DNA of 61,593 nucleotides, counting the filler, from Aduncisulcus paluster (taxonomy: Eukaryota): assembly GCA_024181965.1 (NCBI GenBank). It is 6 parts of 6 records of this genome, joined end to end, with 100 filler letters (N's around TTAATTAATTAA, not from the genome) between each part and the next. Parts side by side here need not be neighbours in the genome. Positions count along the whole stretch, not along the records: positions 1 to 11,871 come from BQXS01010839.1; positions 11,972 to 26,483 come from BQXS01010840.1; 4 more parts are not named here. One strand, written 5' to 3'. A program made the position numbers and the translations under genes. Below are positions 11,087 through 26,100 of this stretch, piece after piece (position 1 is the stretch's first letter; the number at the start of each line of letters is the position of its first letter). The notes under the pieces were generated by a model. That model was not told where the DNA came from. It did no database searches and saw only the letters and a program-made list of their open reading frames with translations.

Positions 11087-11871
11087 ATGGAAAAATTGAC
11101 AAGAAAGGAACCTAAAGTTCTGTCTTTAACTTCCAAAGCACCATCTGCGCCTAAAGGCTGGCAATCAGCGGCTAAGATTTTATATTCGCAAAATACAACT
11201 GCTCAAGCCAAAGCAGTTAAACATAGTCGGAGTTTGAATACCTCAGCTGTGAGAATATTAGATGCTCCATTACTTTCAGACGATTTTTATTGCAATTTGC
11301 TTGATTGGAGTTCAAAAGGTATTGTCTCCGTTGGATTAGAGAATAGAATATTCCTTTGGAATGCGGCAACTGGAAATGTCGAATGTCTTGTTGAACAGCC
11401 GGCTAGTGATCCAATTGTCAGTTGCCGATTCACTCAAGATGGTAATCATTTGGCTATTGGTACTGAGATGGGTCTTATTCAAATATGGAACATCCCAAAG
11501 GGGAAACAAGTTAGATCGCTTACAGGCCATGCTGGTCGCGTCACTTCTCTTGATTGGTCCTCTTGGTCATTAGCTTCCGGGTCACGTGATCAGACGATCC
11601 AGTTGCACGATGTTCGTGTATCTAGACATAGATATGCCACTTTGACGGAGCATACACAAGAAATATGTGGGCTGGCCTGGTCTCCTTCTGGGAAACATTT
11701 TGCTAGTGGAAGCAATGATAATTCTGTCAAGATTTGGAGAAGAGAAGGCGGGAAATCGATCCACACCCTGAAAGAGCATAGTGCTGCTGTTAAAGCCCTT
11801 GCTTGGGCCCCCTTCCAGCACGATTTACTTGCCACTGGTGGTGGTACAACTGACCGTTCCATCTGTATCTG
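11087..11871 (+). CDS. CDC20: Cdc20/Fizzy WD40 APC/C co-activator, 3'-partial at contig end
   Basis: EPKVLSLTSKAPSAPKGWQSAAKILYSQ...RILDAPLLSDDFYCNLLDWS, HTQEICGLAWS, ASGSNDN and HSAAVKALAWAP..LLATGGGTTDR match Cdc20. First ATG is at 11087. Confidence 0.92.
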
Positions 11872-11971
11872 NNNNNNNNNNNNNNNNNNNNNNNNNNNNN
11901 NNNNNNNNNNNNNNNTTAATTAATTAANNNNNNNNNNNNNNNNNNNNNNNNNNNNNNNNNNNNNNNNNNNN
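11872..11971. other. Artificial contig linker (N-TTAATTAATTAA-N)
   Basis: 100-bp N run with a central six-frame stop cassette, identical to four other linkers in the window. Confidence 0.97.
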
Positions 11972-14900
11972 CATCCATCCATGTTTTATGTTCACTGTTC
12001 TAGTACTTAGTGCCTTGGTATCTGGCTATCAACTTGTTTTGGGAAGTTCTCAGATTTTTATTGATGAAAAGATCGTCCAGTCAACGATTGGACCATTACA
12101 ATTGACATTCATTGGAGTTCTTGTGAGTTCAATCTTCTTTGCAATTTTCAAGGCTGCGTATTTGATCGTATTCCCTCCTTTACTGGCGTTTATTGGATTA
12201 TTCATTACCAATTCACTGTTTTCATATGCCTACAAGTCACAAGATGATCTAAATCGTCTCGAAGAAATGGACATTCAGTTGGTGGAAAATGTTATTCAAA
12301 AATACTCGGATCGCAATTTTGATGTTGAAAATTTCGTTGATGATCAAAAGAAGAGATTTTATATAAAGAAACAACTTCTGAAGAGTATCAAATATGTCTC
12401 TGAGGAATTTAATCAATGGACAGTTTCTTGTGCATTTTCTAGTGAGATTTGGGATCCAATTGTCTTGGGAATACCTGCAAATGAGCTTCTTGAGCATGAT
12501 ATAATTACAAATTATTATGATTTGAACCCATATTTGACAACTATTCTTCACAAAGAAAAGGTTGAAATGTTATTCCCAAGTGTGGAGGAAGATCCTTCTT
12601 TCTGTGGGGCTGTCTTGACTTGGGTGTGTACAATTAATCGCATGTTTGAGAACAAAACCCTCCAAACTATGTGCTATAGTCGGGATGGTGATAGTAGATT
12701 TTCATCATGGCTATCCTCACTCACTTCAACATTATCTCCAGCGATATCTGGGGTTTCTTTCTCAATGATTGCTCCTTTACGTCAACAAATCGTTGTACTT
12801 GTTCCATCGGGTTTGACAACCTTGGCAACTATTCAGCATATCATGTTCCACATAACCTACACTCAGACCCACAATACATCTCTTTGCTGGGCTATTATGA
12901 GGTGTTTTGGAGATGTTGAAATGATCCCCGAAAAGGGTGCAATCCATAAACTTGAACCCAGCAAACTCTTTAGGTCTATTCCGATTGCAAGCCTTCTCTC
13001 TCCTCTTCCGTTTTCATACTTGGGTGCCTTGCATCAGATGCTTCTCGGAGATCCAAGTCTTGGGGTTCATCTTTTCTCTGCTTCTTTGAAACCTACAGTG
13101 AAGGTAATGCAAGAGAAGAAAAAGGGTTTGATTCCTGTTGTGAGAGGTGGAGCTGTGGAAATGGGGAAGATTGGAGATGCTGATGATGAAAAGGAGGAAG
13201 AAACGGAAGATTTCGAACATGATGATTCAAGTAAGATGGTTGTTACGAGGTATTACGTTAAAAATCCATCCAAGCTGACATTGGCTCTTAAGTATTATCT
13301 CCCTCATACAATATTGCGTTGTAATTATGTCGTCCATAAGATGTTACAGGATGTCTTACTTCCAAGATCCATGTTTTCAAACCCCTTGCATCGAATGATT
13401 TCTTCTCGTGAAAATGAACTTCATTCAATGCTTTTGAAGGATCAAGAAGAGAGTGAAGAAGAAAAAATAGAAGCCAGTAGATTTGACACAAAGGAAGCAA
13501 CTGAAGAATCCTCTGTTGATGGGCGTGATTCATTATTGATGCGCCATGAAAAGTTGAAATCAATGTATTTTTCACCATCTATTGATTCTTCTATAATGAG
13601 ACCAATGGCTTTTCATAATATTCAACTCCGACAATATATATATAGAAGAGCTAAATTTGCTTTGGATTATCGAAGAAATATTCTCAGGTTCCGCTTGGTT
13701 GAACCTGTTATTCCAAAACTAGAAAGCCAAGAATTCACTCCGGATGCTGTATTGTTGGAGTCATACTTTGCTACTCAAAAAGGAGTAATTCTTCATTCAA
13801 AACGAATTTTCCGGTCGATTTCTCTTTCAGATTACTTGTATGATGATTTGGCTTATCAAACTTCAGAAAAGGAGCAAATTCAAAAAGAACTACAACGAAC
13901 TGAGTCCAAGCAGCAAAAGAGAAGGATTTCGGAAAAGGGGGAAGATATCTCTCCTTCTGTTGAGGATCAAATTCGAAAAGAGAATTTATCTGTATTCCAG
14001 ACATCTGCGTCTTCTGCCTCAATTATCTCTCTTCCAGCGCCTGCTTCCATTGTTGTTCCTCAAAGTAGCTTCTCTGGCTCGATAATGTCCCTTTATCCTT
14101 CAGACGATTGTGAAAATGATTATGTATTCGCTCATCGGGACTATGAGAAACCAACGATCCATATTTGCCCCGGAAGACGATTGGTTAGTGTTTTCCAATA
14201 TGAACCGGATTCAATTCTTCCTTCACGCAGGGTAAGGTTTGCTTTAGCTCCTTTGATGGGTTCGACTCTCGATTCAACAATCAAATCATGCTCTTCACAA
14301 GCTTCTTCATACATGGAATTCAGATCAAAACATATGTCGGTAACTTCCGATTCTGTGGAACATCGAGCGATAAAAACCGCCTTAAAAATCCTTGAAGATA
14401 CCCATAAGATTGCTGAAACGATCTTGGTCGCTGATCACAATTGTACACCTACTTTTAAGGAAGCTGTTGGTCATTTGTCATCAATTATGCACAGTAAGTG
14501 TCGTCTTGTTCTTCTCAGTGTTGATTCTTTTGATCCTTCCCGTGGAAACGTCATTAAATCAAAGCTGTATATGCATGAGCAGGGAAGGAATCAGTGTGCT
14601 CCAACAAGAGCCCATCACACCCTTCCTTCTATCCCATTCCATTCCCCACCGATTGTTGAAGTGAAAGGATTCCCGACATCCACTCAACTTGGTGTATGTG
14701 ATTGTTTGGTTTTCTTTGATTCAAAAACTGGATTCCCTGAAGGTGCTTTGATTTTATCTTCAAGGTTTGATGCACCTGCTCTTGTGTTCTTGAATTTGAA
14801 TTTGTTTTATGAAATGAATTACATCCCATCGACAACATTATGTGTGGGTCTTCCTTCTGCTCCTCCTCCCCACACTTTTGCAAGAGCTATACCTTCTCTC

Positions 14901-15806
14901 TGGCATGCTACAAGATCATTCGCTGGTACAGGTGAGGTGTTTTCTCCTATTCACTCGAGTATGTTCATTGAAGTCGCACGAAAAGTTGCTAGTCTTGTGG
15001 ATTGTAGCTACACTCATCCCCTTCACGAACATTGTGTTTGGCCTTCATCTTGTTGGGATCTTCTTGGTGAAAAGGTTGCTAAGAAGGGCTTTTCGATTCG
15101 GGGATTGCCTCCATACAACTGCAAAATATTGAAAAAGGTATTCACAGTTCGAGATTTGTCTGGGCTGAAATATGACCAAGAAACAGAAGCTGATTTGAAA
15201 TATATCAAATCTTCTGTGGAAGAATTGATGTTTTCGGGTGCAATTTCGAAAGCTGTTTCCGTTGTTGCCTATTCTTCCCTTTTTACAGACAGTTATTCTC
15301 ATGCCAGTGCTTTGATACGTTTATCAACATTGTGTGGGGAAGATATTATGTCTATTTTTGAAGGATTCTATGAAAGCCCAATGGTTTCTCAGATATCTCA
15401 TTTATTTGGATCATATGGGGATGCTGTTGCAACTCGGCTTGCACTTATCAATTCACTTAAAAATCTAATCTCATTGGCCCGAATGTCAATGGATGATATT
15501 ATAATTAAAATTGCATTGTTAAAGTGTGATGGAATTCAAACTCAGCAAGTTTTGTTATTGCTGGAAATGGTTTTCGCTTTAGGATCCGTAAGTCCGGAAA
15601 GATTGATTGATCTTGGAATTCGTAAGCAAGAGGATTTGCTGTTTCATATCGTTCATTTGCAATCTTCTTTGGCCTCGGCAGTAACAAAGAAATCTATGGT
15701 TGGGAAACATCCAATTCCACTTGAACCAATACCTCAAGAACCAAGCACCAAGATTTCTGTTGATCAAACGTTTAAAAGGGTTAGAATGGGAGCTGGAGTA
15801 ATGTGA
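11972..15806 (+). CDS. Large hypothetical protein (>=1272 aa) with N-terminal hydrophobic/TM segments; probably 5'-partial
   Basis: Long ORF whose frame is open to the contig edge; no family confidently recognised. Confidence 0.8.
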
Positions 15807-17191
15807 TTTTTATTATGGCTAAATACATGAGATAATAATATTGGTTTTGATAGCTCTTTATTTTAAACTTGTTTATTCATCAGGGGGTTTATTCTTATTA
15901 CGTTTGAGAGAAATTCTAATGAAGAATCGTTATATATCTGATGAGTAAAAAGAAGAATATTTTGAATCATCAAGAATTGAAAGGTTCATAATGCAGGAGT
16001 TTCTTTTATAGATGAAAGAATACAGACAAAATTCTCATGAAAGATGTTGGATCCTAAATCTTACATGATAATGTCACTGATATATCAGAAGATTTGATTT
16101 TTATTCTCAACAAAATGACAAGGATAATTCTTTCCACTCCATAATTATGATCTTCACAATGAAAAATGAGATGTAAATTCTATTTTTAGAAATTCTATTT
16201 TTAGAATCAACATTTTTATTTTGGAGCTATTTTGACCAAAATGGTTGATTTGGCCATAAAACAATCAAAATTTGTTGTTTGAAGGAAAATATTATGTTCT
16301 GATATTTCATAATTAATATGAAGGCCTGAATCTTGATCTGGAGGTTTTATTGAAATGTACTGTACTAACCGAGAATACTAAAGTTTAAAAAACTCCAAAT
16401 TTACAGGTTGAACAGTGTGGACACAAGTGTAACATTATATTACAAAACATACACTGACTTCCTCAAAAAAATGGAGTTGAATTAGATTACATGCAAATAT
16501 AAAACTAAAAAAATCGGATGATGATCTAACTATACTGTACTATCTAAGATCATTTGTATGCCCTCCGAATAAAATGAATGACTATAAGAACCGGATGAGT
16601 AAAAAAATATGATTATTTCAATTTCGATAAGAAATCAATGAACGGATGTGAAGTAAATCAGTAAAAAACTAAAAATGTAGTACATAGAAGCTTATGAGTG
16701 AATTTCCACTCAAATTGAGCGGCTCAATAAGGCGTGAAACGTAATAATATAAATAATATCTCAAAAAAGAATGAATGAATCGAAATATAAGGAATGTAAC
16801 GATTTCGTTGTAAATTAAATACCGGTGAATATCAAGACAACCGGACAAGTTGCATGTAAGACAGAAAGAAATCACTAGAATTAAAAGCCCAGATTAACTA
16901 ATGCAAAAGTTAATTGTGAGAATAGAAAATAACAATAATAGTCATAAAAAATTAGAATAATGTGCCTATTCAAGGGCCATTAGTTGAACAATAAATGAAA
17001 GAGACCATTGGAAGCATCAACTATCAATTTCCAAAAAGCCATTTGATACGGTGAATAGAATAGAAACGAATGTTCAGGAATATTTTAGGAATAATTCCGA
17101 AAAAAAATAAAAAATAAAAATAAAATAGATCTAATAATAATAATAATAATAATATGAGAATAAGAAAAATCTGTAAAATATAGCATTATAT

Positions 17192-20100
17192 CTAAAGATC
17201 TGTCGAGTAGGATTTTTTTGGAACAAATTGAGTATCATCTGAAACATTGGAGGAAAAACCATTGGCAGAATGAATCTCTTCCAAAATTATTATCTCCTCA
17301 TTCGAATCATTATCGATCTTTAAAATAGATGAATGAGCTCGTTTGCTAGTTTTCATTATTTTGTAAGTTTGTTTCCTCTTGTATTTTGAATAAAAAAACC
17401 CAACAATGATGGAACAAACAGTCAAAAACAAAATTCCACACACAAAAATCACCCAAAACCCTGAAGAACCCTTATTAACTATTGTGTTTGGAGGTAGCAT
17501 GGCCACAACAATCAAAGACGATTGAGATACACAGAGTTTAATGAAAGGATCTTCCTCTTCATCGGCTGGAATCATAATATGCGAATTAAGGTCTTCACGG
17601 AGAATTTTACCACCTGAGGAAATGATAATAGAAGCCTCAGATGCTCCAAACTGTTCAACTATCTCCAAACTCTGAGTTGATTGTTCTCCAATCATTGGCA
17701 TTTCAACACATATACAGTCTCCTCCTCCGCATCGAACACTTTCGAATTCATACGGAGATTCTGCCACATCTGAATGAAACAACCCAACAAACAAAGCAGA
17801 GGATAATATAAATCCACTGTCCACATTTTCCATTGTGAGACCGATTGTTTCTTCTGGAAATTCGTCCACAAGATATTGATGAACAAACCCAGAGGCATCC
17901 AAATCACAAATAGCACCAATTCCATACACTCCAGAAAACGATGATATTTCACTCTCAGAGAAAGTTCCATGATCTATATTTATGGACATGTCAGCGACAG
18001 AATGAACGAAAGAGAACAAAGTCGAGGAAACATGGGTATTGGAATACTGTGTAATTATTCGATCAGAATAGCCAATGATGTCAGTAGATGAACTAGAAGA
18101 TGATAAATAATCTTCATCGATCAAGAGAGGTGAAGATGCGTATTCGGACTCGATTACAGGCAACTGTGAGGAATCAAGCAAAAGAACAAGTTCGGATTCA
18201 AAGAATGAACTCATTTGATTCGAAATACCCTGACTGTTCGTTTCTTGGCAAGTACGATTCATCGTGGTGATAGTTAACCAAAATCTAATGGTAAGAGTTT
18301 GGGCCATGTAGCTTAAATACTCGGGCCAAACATTACTAAAAACAAAGGAACCCAACTCAGAGAGATGATCATCTGGAAATAGAGCAAAGAGAATTGAATA
18401 GAGATCACATTTAACATTATTTGAGTCAGACAATGGACCGAAAGAAGATAGAAGATCAGTTCTGAAAGCAGAAAACCCAGGAAGCATCGTGGGAAATTCT
18501 TCATCCGCAACCATAGCATCAAAACCATCCGAAACAAGATCAAAACAGAGGTTGATATCAAGAGAACAAGCCTCATGGATAAGAATTAACATAATGTCTC
18601 TGTTTGTATGTAAATGTAACAAATTGAGATTCAAAGATTGGAATATTTCATGGAGTGGAGACGCATTCAGTGTCTCTAATCCAATCCATATCCATTCCAA
18701 GAGGACGAACGATGAAGAGAAAAGGAATCGACCTTCTTCAAGACAAATCTCTTGCTCAGCATCACTCATTGAGTCGAACTGAATTATATTAGGAAGGAAA
18801 TCGCTGATAATCTGCATCAGAATAGTTCGTGCTGTATTGATAGAATCTACAAATATTGGAGAGAGCTGAAGAAGCTCAACACTATCATTAGACACGAGAT
18901 TAGACTCAAGTACAGAGTATAATTCTGGCAAAACAATTCCCAGAAGCTGTTTAAGATGTGTGAGACTGCCGTACTCTGCTAATTCATAGTCGCTATAAAT
19001 AGAATCAATTGCGGATGAGCGAAGAGGGAAAGGTGCACTCACAGGAGCAGTGAAATAAGCGTTATCAAAGGAAGACACAGCTGTAGAAATTGCTCCATCT
19101 CCTGTAAAATCAACCAACTGAAACCGAAGATATGGGGAAGAATCAAAATCAAAATACGATTGAGCAAAAGAAGTGCCACTATCGCAAGGAATAAATATAT
19201 ANNNNNNNNNNNNNNNNNNNNAAATAGAATCAATTGCGGATGAGCGAAGAGGGAAAGGTGCACTCACAGGAGCAGTGAAATAAGCGTTATCAAAGGAAGA
19301 CACAGCTGTAGAAATTGCTCCATCTCCTGTAAAATCAACCAACTGAAACCGAAGATATGGGGAAGAATCAAAATCAAAATACGATTGAGCAAAAGAAGTG
19401 CCACTATCGCAAGGAATAAATATATATGGATCCATAATCATTTCAGTTTCAGCTAAAGTCAGGCTGCGAGATCCAAATATTCCCATTATCCTTGAAGCGA
19501 CAAAGAAATTTTCAACATGGCTAGGAATGGAATCGTGTCTGTCCAAGGAAACTCCTGAAGAAATATCCATTGAAAAGCTTGACCCATCAAATCCATCGTC
19601 ATCACAGACGACTTTACAAAGATATTCATTGCAAATACTGCGGATATTCACACATTCACGATCAGAACCATCGGTTAGAGAAGCATCCAACAATCCACAT
19701 TGTGCTGGATTGTCCTTTGTTCCATATTCTCCAGTATCCACTATAAGGCTGGAGAAGTTAAGAGTGGGTTCAGTATTGGAAGTTACAAACTTGGATTCAA
19801 GGGTGATTGTGAAAGGAAGCTCGACAACAGCAACTGAATCTGACATATAGTACACAACCAGAACAAACTCAAAGGAAGAAAGCCCAATGGAGTCATAAAT
19901 AGTCATGAAATATGACCGATGGATTGTCAAGGTTGCCACACTCTCAAAAATAGGCATAGTTATTCTTGCTGAAAACTCAACTTCAGAAACATCGTACTGG
20001 GGAATCCATTCAAAGTCAAAGTCCTCGGGATGGGCATAGGTATCAGCCAAAATAGCACTAATGATGGCATTCTCACCGACAAGAAGTTTCGTATTCCCAG

Positions 20101-23100
20101 TTAAATAGACAAAGCAAGGGAAAGAAGCATCAACAACTGACGGATAAACTGGATTAGAAGTCCCAATAATGGCTAATGTCATAGAATCATATACAATTCC
20201 ATCAGTAGGACTATCAGGATCATATGCAACAGCCACACAATCGAACACAGCATTGTCTGTTGTTTCACTAGGAATATAGAACGATAAGGCATAGTAATCA
20301 TCAGTGTAATCATAAGAACTGATAGATGGAGCAATTGAAAAGGCAGCAGATCCATCTATATGCCTATTAACAAGCCAACCCACAGGGTAATCAGTGTCAC
20401 AACTAACAGATACACGATAAGAAGCAAAGGCAGCCATGGCAATGTATGGAACACTCACAGATAACACAGGCTTAACAACAGAAAACTCAAAATTGGCTCC
20501 GTTTTGAATAGATCCAGCTCTCAAGTTCAAAACACAGGCGTAATCTCCCGCAAGCAGGGTATTAGCTTCAGCGAAGAGAGTCAAGCTTCCAGAAGAGAAA
20601 CTATAAGCTTCCTTCGCATTCAAACACTCCCATACAACGCTCGTCAACACCGATTCTTCCCCCTTTCCATCACCCGTGAAGATCTGGACAGAAGGAGTGA
20701 AGGAGAGAGAAGAATCTTGGGGAAACTCTGGGATTGAAGTGTGAGAAGAGATCAAGATACTTCCACTGTCGATGGTTACAGAGATAGGAAAGCTCCTTTC
20801 TGTCCAAGACGAGGACAATTCGAACAGAGACTTGTACTTAGAAACAATTTCAAAGCTAGATACACCATATTCTACCAGAGTATCGGCAATAAGATCACCC
20901 ACAAATGTTGTATTAGCTACATATGGTGCACCACAGGTCGTAGGATCGGAAGAAATAGCGTGTGATGTCAGACTCTCGATAGATTCAATGAATTCGACAA
21001 CATCCAAGCCAGCCACGGCAACTTCTGAAGAGAGAATAACTTCCCATTCCTTGACCAATCGACCCCATCCAAATGAATGCATCATTTCTTCTGTGATTTC
21101 AATCGAAGGACTCCGATACACAGTTCCCTCTGCTGTCTCAACTGTTCGAATAAACATTGTATTGGGTAAGAACAGAGGGATATCAATGAAATCAACATAA
21201 GGGAACATGGAAGAATCAAGAACAACAGTGAGATCTGCAACATCACTTGAAACAGAACGAGTCTCAATATCAACAAATACATCAGTCTTGAAAGTGAACC
21301 AGTGATCTTGACGAATCCAAGATAGTCTTCCAGGATAAATGTACAGTGTTAAATTGTCAGAATCGATAGAAATACGTGNNNNNNNNNNNNNNNNNNNNAT
21401 AAACATTGTATTGGGTAAGAACAGAGGGATATCAATGAAATCAACATAAGGGAACATGGAAGAATCAAGAACAACAGTGAGATCTGCAACATCACTTGAA
21501 ACAGAACGAGTCTCAATATCAACAAATACATCAGTCTTGAAAGTGAACCAGTGATCTTGACGAATCCAAGATAGTCTTCCAGGATAAATGTACAGTGTTA
21601 AATTGTCAGAATCGATAGAAATACGTGTCGCGGAATCAAATATCCGTGTCTCCCCAGTCTCCTCGCCCCCGTTACAATATCCAATAAACTGTTCATCAAT
21701 GATGACCGACCCATCAAATTCATTTGAAGTTACACCTTTAACAGCAAATTCTGAGGACATGACGATAACAATTCGACTCAAAACAAGATCAACAGATACA
21801 TTCTCAACGGTTGGAATTCGTACAATCTCACAGGCATCTCCTTCGAAACCATCGTCACAATCACATCCAAATTGCATACATAGACCGTGAAGACTACAAT
21901 TGTTCTTACATTGACAGTAATCGCCACTCCAACCAGATTGACACACACATCCACTGTCAATAGCAGTCCCATTCATGCACTCACCTTCAGAGGTGAATTC
22001 ACTACAGTCATCTCCACTCCACAAGAGGTTGCACTCGCATTGACCTGTCGAAGTGTCACACTCTCCTCCTCCTAGACCCTCAGAACATCCATCAGGACAC
22101 TCAATATAACTACAATCATCGCCATAGTATCCCTCGGGACAGAAACACTCACCAGCGAAGCATATTCCCCCATTAAGACAGGAGGAGCACCCAATCGCTG
22201 GTGTGATAGTCCCACAGTCCTCGCCAGCATAGCCACTTACACACAGACACTCCTGTTCGCCAGTAATAGTATTGCCAGAACATGTCCCATAACTTATGGA
22301 GGAATTGCATTCATTGAGAAGGCTACATGTTGGAGCTGAACATACACCATCGTCTTCAGGGATCGCAACAGAGGTCTCATCGATCCCAACAACAGAATTA
22401 CCATTGAGGAAAGAAATCTGAGTGCTAGAAAGTTCACCAGAACTATCCATACCCCAACCTGCCTTACACGAGGAACACTGAGAACCTGTGAATAAGATAC
22501 TGCACTCACACTGATTTGTAGAGTTATCGTCGGATTGATCAGTGGCAGAAACACACTGTCCAAATGCACAAGGAGTATCACACTGAGGAGCACCGATGGA
22601 GAAAGAGGTAGTTCCTCCAGTGATGGGTATTATGGAGGAGGAGAATTGAACTTGTGGCTCAGAATCGTTGTATGTCAGCCACGATTCACATCCCTCAAGT
22701 CCACTATATTCAATAAGAGAGTCTCCATTGACCATATCGAAATGAACATCGTCATGTCCATCTGCACTGAGAACAGCATTGATTTTCCCAGAGATATCGT
22801 CTGCCTCATCAAGTGAGTAATCAATGGTGATCACTCCATCACGATAGAGACTTATCTGAACAAACACATGGAAAGACAACGTTTCAACATCACTTTGAAT
22901 AAGGACACGTTGATTACAGCAATTGCAATGTTCTGACTTTTCTGAGAAAGAGGCAGAGCTATAATTAGAATCATCTTCATCAATGGCATCATCCAAATAC
23001 ACATAATAGTAGGAGCTTGCTTCCGAGTTAACAACGACAAGAGAAGCCACTGTCTCTTCATCTTCATCAAGGAAGTATATTACACCCTGCTGGACTTGAA

Positions 23101-26100
23101 TCGATTGAATAGAGTTGTCATACACAGGGAATGCAGGAACATCTATTGTACAGTTCTCCAATAAGTCAGAATTTGACATGGTGGAATTTCCACAGGTAGA
23201 AGAGGAGAATTCAGTGAGGAAAGACATGATATTGCTTACGTCTCCACCTCGGCTGGGGATTGAATTATCGATTATTACATCGCTAAACCCCTCAGCACAC
23301 CCAAAAGAACTTGCAACAAGCTCAGTTGAATAGGAAGAGGGCATTGACACGATACAAGCTCGTTTTTGAACAAGAGTTTGATCACTTCCAGACCCAATAC
23401 TATCAACCCAACGAACGTCCATTCCAGGAAGAGTCGTAAGGAATTCGAGTTCAGACGAGGAAAGGAGATTATTGTGTCCCACGGGAGACATACCAACGAT
23501 AAAGCGTGTTCCTTGGATAGCTAGACTGCTACTCGATGATAAAAAAACAGATGAGAGACACCCCATCCCATTTAATGACACAGAGGCACCCGTACCCACA
23601 TGAATGGAACAAGCATCATCAGAAAATCCGAATATAGGGGAAACATCTCCAATATCACCGTATGAATGGTTAAACAAAGACCGAGAGATATAAGGGGAGA
23701 CAACAATATCAAGTTGAGTATCATCGTCACAGCCACAGATTGCAGCATCGTCATTGAAGGCATAACNNNNNNNNNNNNNNNNNNNNCTTGGATAGCTAGA
23801 CTGCTACTCGATGATAAAAAAACAGATGAGAGACACCCCATCCCATTTAATGACACAGAGGCACCCGTACCCACATGAATGGAACAAGCATCATCAGAAA
23901 ATCCGAATATAGGGGAAACATCTCCAATATCACCGTATGAATGGTTAAACAAAGACCGAGAGATATAAGGGGAGACAACAATATCAAGTTGAGTATCATC
24001 GTCACAGCCACAGATTGCAGCATCGTCATTGAAGGCATAACACCTGCCATCATCACAACGATCACGGCAGTTCACATGGGTACATCCACCCAATTCGTCA
24101 TCCCAATATGCCAAGGAACACGTATCACACGAATCACCTCTCCATCGATCATCACACTCACAAATAGCACTGCCTTCTTCGATCGTAAGGGTCCCATGGG
24201 CACAATAAGTAATATTTGGAACTAAAGGACGGTTGATGCTGAATGAAAGATCATTCTCTCCAATCAGGTCATTGAATGAATCCATGGATCGAACAGGAAC
24301 TACTTCTGTGTAACTATTAATGGCACTCACAGAATCTGTTTCAAGCAAGAGTGAAGAGCCCAAGTCGAGGTCAGGGACTGAACCCAGCATGAAGAGGGAA
24401 ATGGGAGCTTCAACGGACTCAGAATCGGAGAGATACTTGTCAACATGCCACTTAAATACTCTGATTAGACCTGATGCAGACATCTCAACAAAAACAGCAG
24501 CATCAAGAGATGGAGAGGTTAAAACAAGCATAACTCGATACACACGTCCAGAATAGAAGAGTGCAGAGTCAATCCCGACAACACGAAGCTCGACTCCCCA
24601 GGAATCATCGGATACCGGGAGAATATATGTCATTCTCACCGCACAAGCAGCAGAGAAAAAAGCAGAGTGGGAACCAAGCGAAGGTAACCCTCCAAAGCAT
24701 AGATCTGACCCACTGACATATACATGTGATGCAAAGGCAGGTCCAATGGGGAGTGTGATAAGAAGTGGGATAGGAGTTGGCTGAGATGGGAAAGAATTAG
24801 AATCAACTCCACTTCCAAGCATCCTATTTACAAACTTCGAGTTGAGAGAGGAACGATCATCTTCCTCAAGGGAAACAACTGTACTCAGATCGCTGAACGA
24901 TGTGGCAATATCGAAAGGTGGAATGTCAGAGTCGGGACTATTAACGGTCAAAGAAGAATATGAATCGCCTGGTGCATTTATAATAACAATCTCCTCCCAA
25001 GAATCTTCAGGATCGATTGGAATCTCAGAGGGAACAAAGCTAACGCATTGGATAATGGTATTGTCAACATGAATGCCCATGGAAAATTCCTCAACCATAG
25101 CAATGCTAGCGGGGGAAAATAGATATTCAGCACAATAGTTGATATCTTCATTCACCTCAACCCACAATTCCTGGCCAAGAACACTCACATATCCTCCATA
25201 CTCAACGTGAACATCACCCATGACTCTCCCACCCCACACGACAAGGGTATGGGAGGAAGACACGTAGGCACCACAGAGTTCATGTTCGTGAACAAGACCA
25301 TAGGAAATAAACACATCAGCTGTCGAGGAATTCGTCAACAAGATCTGACCATGACACACAGACATGCCATCTGCCCCAGTAATTCCAGCGAAAGAAGTAG
25401 ACACCGTGGAGAAGAAAGCATCTTCATCTGTGGGCTGAGAGAGACTCACACAGCGATCTCGCCAATTAACATACTTTCCAGCCTCACACACATCACATGC
25501 GTGTCCACTGAACCCTGCCTGACACTGACACTCCCCATCAATCCAAATGCCATGAACACAGGAGAATATGGGGATATCAGAGCTTGTTGGAGACTCTACT
25601 AAGCGGGAAAGAGTGGCAGAGGATGAGAAAGAAGAGCTAAGAGATGAATCGGATGAGGATGAGACGGGATTCATAACAAATACGATAGGAGACGAGAGAT
25701 CATTGAGGGAAAATCCACCCAATTCAGACAACGATACCCCTTGAATCACAGGACTTCTTAACATAGAGACAGAGATGGATGGAATAGACCCGTCTGATCG
25801 ATTCAATGACATGAACACAGACAGCATACCCAATGCACTCACATGAAAAATAATCACAGGAGAAGGTCTCTGACTCAGGGAAACATTGCTCACATCTTCG
25901 AGATATTTCATGACCCAATGTCCACGATGAGTGGGAACAGAATCATAGATCAGAGAAGACACGAGACTCGAAGCAGTCTCATCAGAAAAGACATACCAAT
26001 CACTACACTCCGACATACTCTCAAAATCTGAGTATTTCATCAACATCTCAACAGAAAATTGAACTGTATCATTGATACATAGTGTTAAAGTAGCAGTTCC

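Noticed and set aside
15939-15975. CTGATGAG hammerhead-ribozyme core
   Set aside because: No stem II followed by GAAA and no flanking helices.
18997-24041. Tandem 200-255-bp repeats inside the EGF gene suggesting domain duplication or a two-gene split
   Set aside because: Each pair straddles a 20-N gap exactly, which indicates unmerged overlapping contig ends.
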